Below are positions 22,095 through 33,927 of a stretch of 64,000 nt of DNA, in pieces. The first letter of the stretch is position 1. Each line of letters opens with the position of its first letter. The position numbers and the translations under genes are program-made. This stretch comes from Caecitellus pseudoparvulus (taxonomy: Eukaryota > Protista > Bigyra: Bicosoecida): the NCBI GenBank assembly GCA_965644315.1, contig CBFFRQ010000013.1:919775-983774 (forward strand). The letters are read 5' to 3'. The notes under the pieces were generated by a model. It saw only the letters and a list, made by a program, of their open reading frames with translations, did no database searches and was not told where the DNA came from.

Positions 22095-23513
22095 ATGGCA
22101 GCAGCTGCGGAAGTTGGCGGCCCCGCTGACACACTGGATGTGTCCATCGACCCCAAGGAGCGAGGGGTCATGACTGGGGACAAGGCCAAGGAACTCTTTG
22201 CCGGCGTGCTGTCTGGGGAGACGACGCATTACACGGGCATTTCCCTGAGCGGGTGGTCCATCCGACCGGGAGGCGCTGCAATTGCCGCACAGGCCATCGC
22301 GGCGCTGCCCATTGAGCGCGCCAACCTCGCCAACACCATTGGCGGGCAGCCCGAAGCGCAAGGACTGAAAACGTACGAAGTGCTGGGGGAGGCGCTGAAG
22401 GAGAAGCACCTGCTGGAGCTGAATCTGAGCAGCAATGCCGTGGGCGCCAAGGGCGTGGCTTCCCTCACGCCGCTGCTGGCCTCCTGCACCGCGCTGGAGT
22501 CCATCTCCTTCGACGACTGCGGCATGTCTGCAGAGGCGGTGGCTTCCATCTGCTCCCTCATCGCCGCCAAGGCCCCCACTGCCCTGCGCAAGCTGCACTC
22601 GTACAACAACATGGCCGGCGGTGGCGGCGCCAAGGCGGCTGGCGACATCATCCTCGCCTCGCCAGCCATGGAGGACGTCCGCTTCGCCAGCACGCGGGGC
22701 GACCGCGAGGGCGGCGAGGCCCTGGGCAAGGCCCTCGCCCAGGCCCGCGCTCTGCGCCACGTGGACTTGTCTGACAACACCTTCGGCGCAGGAACGGGCA
22801 TCGCCCTGGCGGCCGGAGTGCTGCACCAGCCTGCCCTCACCACCCTGAACATCGGAGACATCACCCTGGAGAACGAGGGACTGCTGCCCCTCGCCTCTGC
22901 CCTGCTGGCGGGCGTCGCGGCAGGTGTGGGGGCGGGTATGTCCCTCACCCGCCTGGACCTCTCCTTCAACGAGCTGGAAGGCGAGGAGGCAGTGGCGGCC
23001 CTGTGCGCCCTCGTCGCTCGCCTGCCCGCCCTGCAGCGTGTCGTCCTCTCCAACAACGAGCTGTACACGCAGGGCCTGCTGAACCTGGCCGGCGCCCTCA
23101 AGGCCCGTGCCGCCGCCGGACTCACCTCCCTGCAGGAGCTGCACGTGTCTGAGGTGTACGCGTACACCAGCGGCGTGCAGGCAGTGGCCGAGGCAGCGGC
23201 TGCCCTGCCCGGCTTCAAGCTGCTGGTGGCTGACGGAAACTATGTGTCGGAGGAGGGCCTGCAGGCGGTGACTGCCGCCGCCTCGGCAGGGGGGTTCCGC
23301 CTGGGGCCGTGGGATATGAATGACCCGGAGCAGGCGGCGGAGGAGGAGGGCGAGGCAGGGGACCTCGAGACGGACGTTGGTGACGGCGCTGGCTCGTGGG
23401 CGCCTTCTCCTGAACATGTGGCGGAGGCTGCGCGGGTGGCGGCCGCGGCTGGGGCGGGTGAGGGCCCAGACCTCGCAGACGCCGCCGCAACGGCGCCGTC
23501 AGAGGGCGTGTAA
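22095..23513 (+). CDS. RANGAP1: Ran GTPase-activating protein-like LRR protein with acidic tail
   Basis: LNLSSNAVGAKGV, NNMAG..GA, FASTR...GG, VDLSDNTFG, LDLSFNEL, LSNNEL, D.N.VSEEG and LGPWDMND-acidic, matching the recalled plant/protist RanGAP pattern. Confidence 0.8.
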   Translation: MAAAAEVGGPADTLDVSIDPKERGVMTGDKAKELFAGVLSGETTHYTGISLSGWSIRPGGAAIAAQAIAALPIERANLANTIGGQPEAQGLKTYEVLGEALKEKHLLELNLSSNAVGAKGVASLTPLLASCTALESISFDDCGMSAEAVASICSLIAAKAPTALRKLHSYNNMAGGGGAKAAGDIILASPAMEDVRFASTRGDREGGEALGKALAQARALRHVDLSDNTFGAGTGIALAAGVLHQPALTTLNIGDITLENEGLLPLASALLAGVAAGVGAGMSLTRLDLSFNELEGEEAVAALCALVARLPALQRVVLSNNELYTQGLLNLAGALKARAAAGLTSLQELHVSEVYAYTSGVQAVAEAAAALPGFKLLVADGNYVSEEGLQAVTAAASAGGFRLGPWDMNDPEQAAEEEGEAGDLETDVGDGAGSWAPSPEHVAEAARVAAAAGAGEGPDLADAAATAPSEGV

Positions 23514-23541
23514 TGCATTCAAGGCCGGCGAGGGGCCCCTC

Positions 23542-24977
23542 TCACAGTTTGGCGTGTGCCTGGCGGGCAGCGGTGATGGCGTCCAGCTTGGCGCGGCACA
23601 TGTCTGCTAGCATGGGCATGAGGGCGCCCACTGCCTTGCCTGCTGAGGATGCGGCCTGGCCCCGCCTCGCCCGTGCTGCGATGCCCTGTGTGATGACTGC
23701 GTACTTGAAGAAGAACACGCTCATGCAGGCGTCCCAGTCACAGGGCAGGGGTGGGGTGGTGGGCGGCGTGTGGGGCAGTTTGGGCCGGGAGGTGCCTGGG
23801 GTGAGCCAGGCATCTGCGTCACCTGCGTCTGATGCGCTGTGCATGGTGATGCGCCAGGCATGGGGGGCGGCGGCACAGTACCACTGCACTAGGGCCGCTT
23901 CCGTTGGCACGCCACTGCCCTGGTGGTCGAACCCCATTAGGCCCTGCAGGCGCACCCCCTTCACGATGCTGCCGCCTTGCTCTGCGCGGGGCATGTAGAA
24001 CGCACCGCACCAATTCGCCAAGTCGCTGAGTGGGTGGCCTGTGTGGAGAGCGCAGGGGGGCAGTGTGCAGCCCAAGTTGACCTGTGGCTGTGCCTCGCGT
24101 CCGGCTGTGTGCGGTGCAACGGCACATGCCCGGGGAGGGGCAGCAGCCGTGCCCCACACGCACGCACCAAGGGTGGACAGCTCCCAGTCCAAGACGGCCA
24201 CAACACGCGGCTCACTGGGGTGGAACACCAAGTTGTCGATTTTGAAGTCTCCGTGGATGAGGCAAGGCGCATCTGCAGTGCGGGGACGGCAGTGGCGCCA
24301 GGTGGTGTGTTTTGCAAGGTACGGAGAGCAGTGGGGCTTTGCGGATACAGGGACGTACCTGGAGGCACTTGAGCTTGTAGGGCCTGTTCCAGCTCGTCCA
24401 GGCCTGGCACCTCTGGGGCGTGGGCTGCCTGCTGCCTGGAGACGCTGGCCAGGCGACGCACCTGCCTGGCGTAGAAGTTCGCGCCCCCCTGCACGCCGAA
24501 AGAGGCCAGACCGAGAGAAGCAGGGTCCACGCCGTGCAGTGCTACGAGGGCCTGCAGGGCGCTGGCGTAGCAGGCTGTGCGGTGCTGGGGGTGCACGGAG
24601 GGCATGGCTGGGTCGTGGAAGATGCGGCCAGGCACGAAGTCCATGATGTAGAAAGGCGTGCCGATCACGCCGTCGTCCATGCACAGGCAGTGCACGCGGG
24701 GAACAGGCACTCCCGAGTCTTGCAGAGCCTGCAGGACACGGAACTCCCTGTCTACGGCGTGCGCTGAAGCAGGCAGGTTTGCGCCGCTGGGTCGCTTCCG
24801 CAGCACCAGAGTTTGGCAAGGCGTGGTCAGCTTGAACGTGGGGTTGCTCTGGCCGAACGCAAAGGGGGCCACTCGCAAGGGGCCTGCAAAGCCTTTCAAG
24901 GCCACGCTCAAGTACGCCCCCAGCGCCCGCGTGTCAAAGGGCTCAGCGGCTGGAGCAGCATCAGTCTGAGCAGCCAT
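23542..24977 (-). CDS. Aminoglycoside-phosphotransferase-family (ACAD10/11 N-terminal-like) protein, intron-containing
   Basis: [69 protein letters not shown] and FK.A.I.QG, spread over ORFs 23961..24977 and 23542..24819. Confidence 0.88.
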
Positions 24978-25553
24978 GGCTCAATTTCCGCAGTCCGCAG
25001 CAGGGCGGTCCTCCACGTCCTCCAACGATAAAGCGAGCGACAAATAACGGGCAGATAGTGGAAAATGGTGGGAATTCTCGTTCCAAGTGTGTCTGTCTGG
25101 ATGCCGCAGGCGCTGTGCCGGTGTTCGAGCGCACAGGAGTGCTTGCGGGGGGGAAGCAGGCTTCCGTTGCGAAGGGGGGCTCACGGAATGACCGCTCAGT
25201 ATTGTGTTCAGCACAAGAACGTCAAAGACTCGCGTCCTCGGAATCATTGGCAGATTTTTATGTGCGCCCTCGTTTTGCGCCCTTGCTTGAAGTGGTTTCT
25301 TGGTGTGGGTGCTTGCTCATTCCCCGCACCAACACGCCTTCACCTTGCGCTGCGCCCAGGACGACAGCGATCCCGCTTGTGGTAAATCAAGCCCAGAACT
25401 AAGCTCCCCTAGTCTTCAATTAGACTTTCATCCCACCTTGCTTGCCCTGACCCCCTCCGCTCGTCACTTTCTCCGTCGGGCAGTTATCGTGCAGAGTGGC
25501 AACCTTCGCCTTTGCTGACAGAATCACTGCGAGCCCCCTGGCGTGCCAACGAC

Positions 25554-28016
25554 ATGGACATTCAGACGGACGCATTCACGCGAGGTATTGGTGGGTCCCC
25601 TAGCTTGCTCGCTTGCAAGTGGCCTGAACTGGAGGCGTTGCCAGCGGAAGTGGTGGAAGCCGCCGAGGCCATCAAAGCGCAGGGAGCGAAGTCTGGGAAT
25701 GACCTTGTGAGCAAGGTGTTCGCAGAAGGCACCTGGATAGCCTGCACGGTGCACTTGACCCTGCAGCAAGTGTCCTGCAAAGCGGCCTTCCTGCAGCACC
25801 TCAACGTGCAGGTGTGGACGGAGACGCTGCTGCTGCTGCAAGCTGGGTTGCCTGTCCAGCACCCCGTGACGGCTGAATTCGAACAGGCGTGTGGGCAGTT
25901 GCTGGAGGGCCAGGGCGAGGCTCCTATCCTGGACATGTGCCAGCAGGTGCGGGAGGCCATCCTCATGCCCTGGCACGTCGCACCTGACGTCCGCCGAGTG
26001 CAGGTGCCGTCAGCGCCGAACTTGGGTGGTGCCTGTGCGGCGGCAGCCGTGCAGGAGCTATTCCACAGCTTGTGCATGCGGGGCACGATGTCGGATGAGC
26101 GCCGTGAGTTCCTGCGTGTAGCTTGTGCCGCCCTGGGCTCGCCGCCTGATGCCGATGTGCCGAGGCTGGCAGCTCGAATGGACGCGATGGTCGCAGCTGC
26201 CGGGTCGAGCACGCAAGCCGTGGCTCTGTGGGACTTCCTCGCTTTCTGCGCTGTCTTCTCGGCGTCTGTGCCGCTGGTGGCTCATGTGCTGACTGTGACG
26301 TCAGAGGTGGCCCTGACCCTCGGAGCGACCCAGGCTCAGCTCGGCCAGGCTTGGGAGCGATGGAGCCCCGCCCTCACGGCTGCCCTCAGCGGGGGACTGA
26401 ACATGCTGCAATACCTGTCTGGCAGCGCCGTGGCACACCCTGCCTGCGAGCAGGGCATGCTCATCCCAGAGCAGTGGGTGCGAGCAGCCCCACAGGACGC
26501 ACACGATGCGCTGCGCGGCGCCATGGCAACAAACTGTGCAGACATCGTCAACCTCCTGTCCCTGGGTGGCGAGGGGGAAGGCGAACCCACCAAGCCCCGG
26601 CCACTCATCGCAGGTGGCTTGGATGTCGCCTTCGTCGTCGGTTGCGCGTGTGGCAGCGTCGATGCTCTGGCCGCTCTCCTCGACTGTCCCCGCCACACGC
26701 CGTACCACATGAACCACTGGCATGTTCAGGCAGGCATGGGTGCTGCTGGCGCATGCTTGTCGCTCGACCTGGTGCAGCTCTTTGCCAAGCACTTGCCCGT
26801 GCAAGACCAGGCTTGGCGTGCACTGCTCTCTGCAGCGGCCAGCTCAGCTCCTCTGCACGTCGTGCAAGCGGCAGAGCAAGCCGTGACTGGCATCCAGTTT
26901 CAGCATGCAGGGCCTGGGAAGGGCGTTGTGGGGCCCATCATGACAGGCATGCTCATTGCCGCTGTGCAGGGCGGGCAGCTGCCCACGGTGGAGTACCTGT
27001 TGGCAAAGCGTGGCAGGCAGAGTGTGCCCTGGCTGCAGCACATTCGCTCGTACATCACCACGGCGAGCGTGCTAGGCAACGCAGCCATGCTGCAATTCTG
27101 GATGGACAGGCTTGGGGACCTTTTTTCAGCGATCATGGACGCTTCCGACGCAGCAGATTTGGTGCGAAACGCAAAGGGCCCCTGCAAGCGCCAGCTGCAC
27201 GAGGCTACCCTTGCAGCCTTCGGGGAAGCTCCCAGCCTTGACGAGGCAAACCCCGATGAACTCCTGGTACCGCAGTGGTTGCTGGACCTACCCGAGTGCC
27301 GTCCATCTGACCCGGCAGCCGTCGATGCCGCTGTGAAGCACGCGCAGGTGTTCTTGCAACATCGCAGCATGCCTGCACGTACACTGTACCAGGCGTCTCC
27401 CATCAAGGAATTTGCATGTTTTGCCATGGCTGTGCATGCTGTGCAGTACGTGGCATCCCATGCGCCGTGGCTCATCGCCATGCCAGATGCCATGCAGAGC
27501 ATTTGTGAGTGGGTCACTGCGTACCGAGGCAGCCCGCTGGGGTTTGGCCTGCCCTTGCCGAGGCTTGCGCTGTTCATAGGGTGGACACCGCTGCGGCGCC
27601 TCGCAGCCGCTGCGGGGCTGCCCATCCCCCACGGCCGGCGTGATCAAGCGGGAGACTGGTTTTGCGGTTTGCCGTCGCTCTTCGACGAGCATGAGGTGTC
27701 AGGGGATGTGCTGCGCGAAAGCCTCGCAAACTTGCTGCCCCCCCCCTGGCAACCTGCCGAAAACTACACGTACTACAAGGGCGCCCAAGGGTTCGCGCAA
27801 TCTGAGCAAATGCTACTGGCCGCGCCTCTGCTGGCTGGGGCGCTGGTTGCCGATGGCCGGTTCGCAAGGGAGATGAAGGCTGCGCTGCACGGCGTCGCAG
27901 CACAAGGGGGTGGGGAGGTGGAGGAGGCCCCTATCTCGGGAGCTATGCGGCAGGCCCTGCGCACGTCCAATTCCCTCCGCCGCCGGTCCATGGTCCTGCT
28001 GCGTGCCGCTGTGTAG
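25554..28016 (+). CDS. Hypothetical helical protein with degenerate ankyrin-like repeats
   Basis: Long ORF with host-like composition; weak ankyrin-like segments (MLIAAVQGGQLPTVEYLL, ITTASVLGNAAMLQFWM). Confidence 0.6.
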   Translation: MDIQTDAFTRGIGGSPSLLACKWPELEALPAEVVEAAEAIKAQGAKSGNDLVSKVFAEGTWIACTVHLTLQQVSCKAAFLQHLNVQVWTETLLLLQAGLPVQHPVTAEFEQACGQLLEGQGEAPILDMCQQVREAILMPWHVAPDVRRVQVPSAPNLGGACAAAAVQELFHSLCMRGTMSDERREFLRVACAALGSPPDADVPRLAARMDAMVAAAGSSTQAVALWDFLAFCAVFSASVPLVAHVLTVTSEVALTLGATQAQLGQAWERWSPALTAALSGGLNMLQYLSGSAVAHPACEQGMLIPEQWVRAAPQDAHDALRGAMATNCADIVNLLSLGGEGEGEPTKPRPLIAGGLDVAFVVGCACGSVDALAALLDCPRHTPYHMNHWHVQAGMGAAGACLSLDLVQLFAKHLPVQDQAWRALLSAAASSAPLHVVQAAEQAVTGIQFQHAGPGKGVVGPIMTGMLIAAVQGGQLPTVEYLLAKRGRQSVPWLQHIRSYITTASVLGNAAMLQFWMDRLGDLFSAIMDASDAADLVRNAKGPCKRQLHEATLAAFGEAPSLDEANPDELLVPQWLLDLPECRPSDPAAVDAAVKHAQVFLQHRSMPARTLYQASPIKEFACFAMAVHAVQYVASHAPWLIAMPDAMQSICEWVTAYRGSPLGFGLPLPRLALFIGWTPLRRLAAAAGLPIPHGRRDQAGDWFCGLPSLFDEHEVSGDVLRESLANLLPPPWQPAENYTYYKGAQGFAQSEQMLLAAPLLAGALVADGRFAREMKAALHGVAAQGGGEVEEAPISGAMRQALRTSNSLRRRSMVLLRAAV

Positions 28017-28184
28017 CTGTGAGGGAACGAGGCGGGGCGCTGCTGTGGGCGTCACGGGGCAAATTTCTTGACTCAACCAATTTACGGCGGCTCTTGGAAT
28101 GTATAGAACAGCCTTTCTAGCAGTCCTTACTGTCTTCCTGGGTCGTGGTCTTGATTCCTCGTCCCACGCCGGGCCCGCGCAGCC

Positions 28185-28856
28185 ATGGCTGCCTCCACGC
28201 CCATTGTCACAGAACCGGCTGCAGCGGTAGAAGACAGCATCCAAATGGCTGCAGGGGATGACCGCCTCGATGCCGTCAAGGCGTTTGTCGTCGCAGGCGT
28301 GTCGGTCAACACCGCAGACGAGAACGGCTACACAGCTCTGTGAGCATGCTCGCTGTCTGTGCATGGTTCAAGGCCCTTCGGGCACTCGCCCACCGCTCCA
28401 AATGACAGACATGCCGCTGCCAGCTATGGAGCGACGGGGACTCTCGCCTGGCTCCTGGAGCAGGGCGCGTCAGTGACTGCTGTGGATGGTGTGTGCTGCG
28501 GCGAGAAGCAATTTCCGCAACGAGACTGCACGGCGCATACCCCCGCACCGCACACAGAGGAAGGCGACACCCCCTTGCATGCATGCGAAAGTGTAGAGTG
28601 TGCTGACATGCTGCTGCGGGCAGGGGCTGACTTGGCTGCGACGAACAGCCTGGGTCTGTACCCGATCCAAACCATGGCTGGGAACGAAGCGGACGAGCTG
28701 GTGGAGGCGCTGCGACCCATGTACGCCACCGCAGGCATCGCCTTGCCCGAGCCGCTTCTCCCGCCGAACTATCGCTTTGGAGAGCTGGTGCCAGAGACAG
28801 GGGGCCTGGTCGTGGACGAGGACGGCGACATTGAGACGGAGTTCCCCGACGCGTGA
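28185..28856 (+). CDS. Small ankyrin-repeat protein, intron-containing
   Basis: Exons MAAST..GVSVNTADENGYTAL / HAAASYG...LAWLLEQGASVTAVD / EGDTPLH..E..ECADMLLRAGAD..ATN..GLYP. Confidence 0.8.
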
Positions 28857-28875
28857 CGGTGCATTGCGCTGCCAG

Positions 28876-29634
28876 TCAAATGTCCACCTGTGGTGCTGGC
28901 ACCCGGCGCAGGAGCAACATCAGAGGCCGGGAGGCCTCCCTAAATACACAAGCCACCTCTTGAAGGCTCATGCAGGTGGCCAGCGGCTGCCCATTCACGG
29001 CAAGTAGCTCATCACCCAACCGCACGATACCGCTGGCCTTGGCGGCCAGTGCAGCTCCTGTATCAGGGTCATCTTTCAAGGCCCCCACGATGACGTGTCC
29101 GTCTGCGTTAAACTCCACTGCCATGCCAACTGGGCCGCTGGCGATGCGCAGGCGGTACAGGTTCGTCGCTGTTTGAACGTGCCCGGGGCAGGCGCTGTGA
29201 GCGGCGACTTCCCTGTCGAGCATGCGCGTTGTGCGAAGTAGCAAACCTTCCAGGTGGACCCGGATCTCGCTTGGACATCGCCTTTCAGGTGTGCGCTCCG
29301 TTTCCTCTTGCTCTGTGGAGGGGCGGCCCCAAGCTGCTTGGCTTTGCGTTGGACTGCCCTGCTTGCCGTCTGCGAGTGAAGGCGCTGCCACGGCTGAAAC
29401 TAAACCCTGAGGCTTTCCATGCGGTTCCGGTGAAAGTTGCTGCCCGGGGTTTGCTTTCTGGCCCCGGGGGCGGCGCAGGGCACCTCGTGGCGCTCCCTGA
29501 GAGGTTGGCGTTTCGCCACGCCTTCTCGCCACTGCTGCCCGCGCCTCGCTCGCCCTTGCTCGCTGACTGCGCAAGTCCAACTGCGTCACTTGCACTGCAA
29601 TTGGTGTGAATCCAGCTGTGCAAGCCTCTGGCAT
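28876..29634 (-). CDS. PDZ-domain protein, 5' end uncertain
   Basis: C-terminal GPVGM...VIVG......AKASGIVRLGDELLAVNGQPL....LQEV...FREASRPLMLLLRR. Confidence 0.65.
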   Translation of the reverse strand: MPEACTAGFTPIAVQVTQLDLRSQRARASEARAAVARRRGETPTSQGAPRGALRRPRGQKANPGQQLSPEPHGKPQGLVSAVAAPSLADGKQGSPTQSQAAWGRPSTEQEETERTPERRCPSEIRVHLEGLLLRTTRMLDREVAAHSACPGHVQTATNLYRLRIASGPVGMAVEFNADGHVIVGALKDDPDTGAALAAKASGIVRLGDELLAVNGQPLATCMSLQEVACVFREASRPLMLLLRRVPAPQVDI

Positions 29635-29873
29635 GCTTGCAACGCAAGTTTGTCCCGGCCAGGGACTGGCGCAATTGGCGAGGGGCAGCGCAGCCGGCTT
29701 GGCTACTGGCTTGAGTCACAGGAACAGAGGAAAACGGAAGCGAACTCGATGACACGGAAGGCAGTCTTCCGAGAAACACTACCGGGTTGACGGGTGGTGG
29801 AAAGTGCAGTGCATTACGTCGTCGCGCCCTGCGGAAGCGGACGCAAGTGCCCCCTCCGCCAGGCACAGCAGCC

Positions 29874-31237
29874 TCAACCCTCATGCTCCAGAGATGACAT
29901 GTCCATGGCAGGAACGTCATCAGGAACACCACCAGCATACGCCTCCGACTTGCCTTCTTCCGAGTGCACGCTGGGTGCCGGCTGCGCGGCGGCTGCTGCA
30001 GCCTCACGAGCGTGTCTTGCGCGGACCTTGTCCACATACCGCATGCCACCCTTCTTGCGAGCGGCCTCCAACTCAGCTTTGCGCCGCTTCATCTCAGCGT
30101 ACGCCGCGTGGGAGGCAGCCGGGTTCTTGGAGTGCGTGCTCAGCTTGCCAGTGGTGTTCTTCCCAAACTTGGACATCTTCCAGCCCGGCCCTTGGCTCTG
30201 CTGTGCCCGAATGCGCTCACGAGCTGCAGCAGTGCGCAGTGCTGAGCTAAGCGTGGCGCCAGCTGAAATGTCAGCGGGCGGCGCCTTGGCGGCCACGCGC
30301 TTGGTGTGCTGCGTCCCGGACGGCATGATATCCTCCTTCGCGGGGGCACTGCCGTATGCGTGGGCCATTACGCTCTTCAGCGGCGCGTCAGTGCGAGACT
30401 GCACCACGCCAAACACGCGGTTGGACAGGTCTGGCCCGGGGGGCTTGGCTCGCGGCTTGCGCACTTGCGGTGCGTTCCAGAACGTGACAGCTGTGAAACG
30501 TGGGGACACAACGCGTGCAGAGCGAGTATAAACCCTCGACTGCCGGTGGAAGGGGCGCGGCACGCACCGTCGCGCGTGCCAAAGGCGTCGGAAGGGTACT
30601 TGACACCATAGGCCTTGTCGGGTGGTGGCAGCTTGTATGTCGCAGGGCGTGGGTGTCCCACTTGGTCCCGCACCAGCAGTCGGTTCAACACTTGGCCTTG
30701 TTCACCAATGACATACTTGATGTACCTGCACACGTTGCGCGGGGCGAGTATTGACAGGCAAGATGGAGGGGGTTGCTGTGCGGAAATTGTTGCGGCGCGA
30801 CTTGGCATCGAGCCGCCACAGGACTGGCCTGCCATGGTCGGAGAACCGGGTCAAGGCCCGCCAAACGAATGCAGACAGCAGAAACGGCTTATTTGACCTT
30901 GCTGCTTCCCGCACGGCGATGAACCGCACATAGGAGGGAGCCTGGGGCCGCGCTGCAGAGCCACTCACCACCTGATGAACTCGGGCCTCGTAATGACGCT
31001 GTCTGCGTCTGCATCCAGCTCCCGCGTCAGGAAATGCATCTGTTCCGATGTTGGCGCTTGGCCTGTGAGGTCTCGCACAACCTGGCGCACCTCCAGGTCG
31101 TTCAGCTCCCCTGAGCCGTCCACATCGTACTTGGAGAAGGCTGCACTGGCCATGGCCCGCAGCTTCTTGTGCCCGGCGCCCCCCTGCCTGGCCGCCTGCA
31201 CGATGGAGGCGTGCACATCTCGCTGTGAAGAAGCCAT
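29874..31237 (-). CDS. CFAP77: EF-hand pair fused to a CFAP77-like (DUF4483) domain, 3 exons
   Basis: Exon 1 has the EF-hands DVDGSGELNDLE and DADADSVITRPE. Intron 30968-30726 (GTGAGT..TGCAG) joins in frame to give EFIRWYIKYVIGEQGQVLNRLLVRDQVGHPRPATYKLPPPDKAYG, a CFAP77-like NPLL..G.....Y.LP.....YG motif. A second intron at ~30567-30491 leads to FG...R...P...V....YG and WKMSKF. Confidence 0.72.
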
Positions 31238-31417
31238 GCTTGCGCGAGGACTGGAGATGCCGCTTTCGAAAGGCGTGCAAGGGAATAAGGTGTGTGCGCA
31301 ATCGCTGCAGTGGGATTTGGCTGACGCATCACAGTGCACCTGAGCCTTCCCAAGCATCCGGCACCGGCTGAGCAAAACCACTGCTGGCAGGTGCTCCTGC
31401 ATTTCAGCGCCTTCGGA

Positions 31418-33364
31418 CTACATGCCCAATGCAGGAGGGAGGGTGATCGTCGTGACAGGCTGGCGGGGCAGTGCAGCGTCGCTGCTTGAGGGGCCGCCTG
31501 CAGGTTTGCCGCCTGGCGCTTGCCTGGCGGTGGTGAGGCCATTTCCAGCACCCGCCCCCCCAGCACTCAGAGCACTAGCCCCTCCAGCACGGAGCGAGTG
31601 TGAACCTCCATCTCTTTGATCACTCAGAACTCCGGTGCTCACACCTCCGCCAGCAGTTCCCATTCCAGCACCAGCGGCTACTGGAGATGAACTTTCATCC
31701 GACTGTGCGGCTGCAGAAGCGTGTGGCTGGCCAAGTGCTGAGGCGGGGCTCTTCTGCTGCTTGGCTTCGTGCCATTTCCTTGCTTGCTCTGCCATGTACT
31801 GAAAGTTATCTGACGTCAGGATCACCCTTGGGTGACTCGAGAGGAACTTCATCACAACGGGAATGTTCCACTGCTCCAGGTCACCCAAGGCACCTTTCTT
31901 GCTGCCGGGTGGGTACAAGAAGGAGAGGTTCACTGTGTCAGGACGAAATGCCGCCGTCCCTCTGGCCGCGTGGACCTGCATGCAGTACTCGCGGTACACA
32001 GCGGCAGCAATGTCTGAGTTGAAGGAGGACTGATCAGGGAGGAGTCCTTGGCAATGCTTGAGCGCGTGGGAATCGAGCGTAAAGGTTCCAAACGCTGGAT
32101 GGACCCGGTCAGTCTGCCAGCAGAGCACGCCATGCAGCCGGGGATGCACGATTATCTTGTGGGGCATGCGTCGCTTTGGAGCGCGCTGCCCGAGTAACAG
32201 TGCTCGGTTCACCTTCCACGCTTGTGAAGGGGGGGTCGTGCGCCATGGCAGGTGGGCCACAAAGTCGTGGATGTCGTGCGGTGTGGTCTCCGTGAAAGTG
32301 TTCTTTCCTCTCCGAGCCTGCTCGAAGGCTTCCCGCACAGCAGACCCCGAGATGTTCGTGCCGTGCACTGCGTCCGCGACGAGCGCCGCGGACAGAGCGA
32401 GGCGCAACACACTGGGGGAGGTGATGGCCATGCCCAGCAAGCGGGCCAAGTACCCAAGGGCAAGGAAATCGGGGCCAACCCATGTGGGGGGCTGCTGCAG
32501 GGGATGCGTTGGGTGTGGCTTCAGCCAATGCCGGTGCATGCTGGGGAAGGGGAAGTTTGCGTATACTGTAGTGATGCTGGGGGGCTGCGCTGGCACCTCC
32601 CGGGCGCCTGCAGAAAATGCCTTGCGTACGGTTTGAAGCAGAGATGTGTGTGGGCACATGATCAGGGGGTTCAGCTTCAGCACGGAAAACCACAACCACG
32701 AAAGCAGCAGCGCACCCATGTACTCCGTGTGAGTCTCCACCGCCGCCGCGAGGGCTCTGCCCCAACCACTCTCCATGGCACACTTTGGCAGGTATCTGAA
32801 GGAGACGATGACGCCGACGTGGCTGCGGGGCTTGTTGCGCACGCTGATGCTCTTGTACCGCCATTGTTGGGCGGGGCACGGCACAGCTGCGATGCAGTGC
32901 ACGTCCAACGAATCAGCCTCCAGCGCAATGCGCGCCAAGGCGTCTTGGGGCAGTCGAGAGAGCACCTTGCAGTTTTCTGAGCGGGCAGCGAGGAAGGCTG
33001 CGCTGCTTGAGGACGGCCCATGCTGCAGTGGAGGGGATGTCAGCTCCGCAGGTTTGTGCCGCTGCGCAGGCGCCCCTTTCTGGGACCCACTGCGGGGTCG
33101 CTTTCGTGAGGAAGGGCTCTTCTTTCGACTAGCAGTACTTGAAGGTGTGTTGCTTCCTTTCATTGACCCCGCAGCGGCTAGTTCAGCATCCAGGCTGGCA
33201 AGGACCGGGGCAAGGCCCTGGGCTGTGCCAAGGCCAGTGCTCGCTTGCCAGGCCGAGCCTGCCGCAGCCACGTGTGCCAGGCTTGCCTGTCGTGCCGCGT
33301 GCACAAAGATAGCAGGCAGACCAGGACACAGCTCTGCCGTGGAGGCTGCTGCCTGCCCTTGCAT
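31418..33364 (-). CDS. Hypothetical protein
   Basis: Long ORF; likely start MQGQAAAS at 33364; basic NLS-like stretch SRKKSPSSRKRPR. No recognised family. Confidence 0.55.
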   Translation of the reverse strand: MQGQAAASTAELCPGLPAIFVHAARQASLAHVAAAGSAWQASTGLGTAQGLAPVLASLDAELAAAGSMKGSNTPSSTASRKKSPSSRKRPRSGSQKGAPAQRHKPAELTSPPLQHGPSSSSAAFLAARSENCKVLSRLPQDALARIALEADSLDVHCIAAVPCPAQQWRYKSISVRNKPRSHVGVIVSFRYLPKCAMESGWGRALAAAVETHTEYMGALLLSWLWFSVLKLNPLIMCPHTSLLQTVRKAFSAGAREVPAQPPSITTVYANFPFPSMHRHWLKPHPTHPLQQPPTWVGPDFLALGYLARLLGMAITSPSVLRLALSAALVADAVHGTNISGSAVREAFEQARRGKNTFTETTPHDIHDFVAHLPWRTTPPSQAWKVNRALLLGQRAPKRRMPHKIIVHPRLHGVLCWQTDRVHPAFGTFTLDSHALKHCQGLLPDQSSFNSDIAAAVYREYCMQVHAARGTAAFRPDTVNLSFLYPPGSKKGALGDLEQWNIPVVMKFLSSHPRVILTSDNFQYMAEQARKWHEAKQQKSPASALGQPHASAAAQSDESSSPVAAGAGMGTAGGGVSTGVLSDQRDGGSHSLRAGGASALSAGGAGAGNGLTTARQAPGGKPAGGPSSSDAALPRQPVTTITLPPALGM

Positions 33365-33927
33365 CGTGATTGCTGGGTCGCAAAGTCCCCGCACGCTGTA
33401 CAAAACGCACGCGAAACGCAACCTGCCCCAAAGTAGCGTGAGCAGCACTCGGGCGATGGTAAGGCTCGAAAAGAAAGCCAGCCCAGAACAGCGTGCAAGC
33501 TGTGTCTCCTCCGGCGTCCAAAACGTGTCCAGCTCAGTGCCCGCTGCCAAACGATGCCCGTGAAAGCACTCCTCTCCACTCCAACTGTCCCAAAGCACTG
33601 CAGTGAAAACGAAGCTTCACAGCAAAAGATGGCAGAGTGAAACCTGAAGAAAGTGTGCAAGTCTGAAAAGTTGGCACGTTGGAATTGGTTTTGATCCGAA
33701 GCAAGCCTTGCCCACTACGACAAAAAGGTAAATCAAACCAGTACCAATTGAAAGGCCATGTACTGAAAGGTTAACTTACTATGGCTGTGTGCCACAAGAC
33801 AGCAACAAGAGATGCATCAGCACATTCCGCGAAGGACTGGCAGTCACCATGCATTGCCTGTGCAGCAGCTTCCTCACTTTGGGGCAGCCCGCTGCACCCC
33901 AACAGGGCTCTTCCAATTGGCGCTTCC

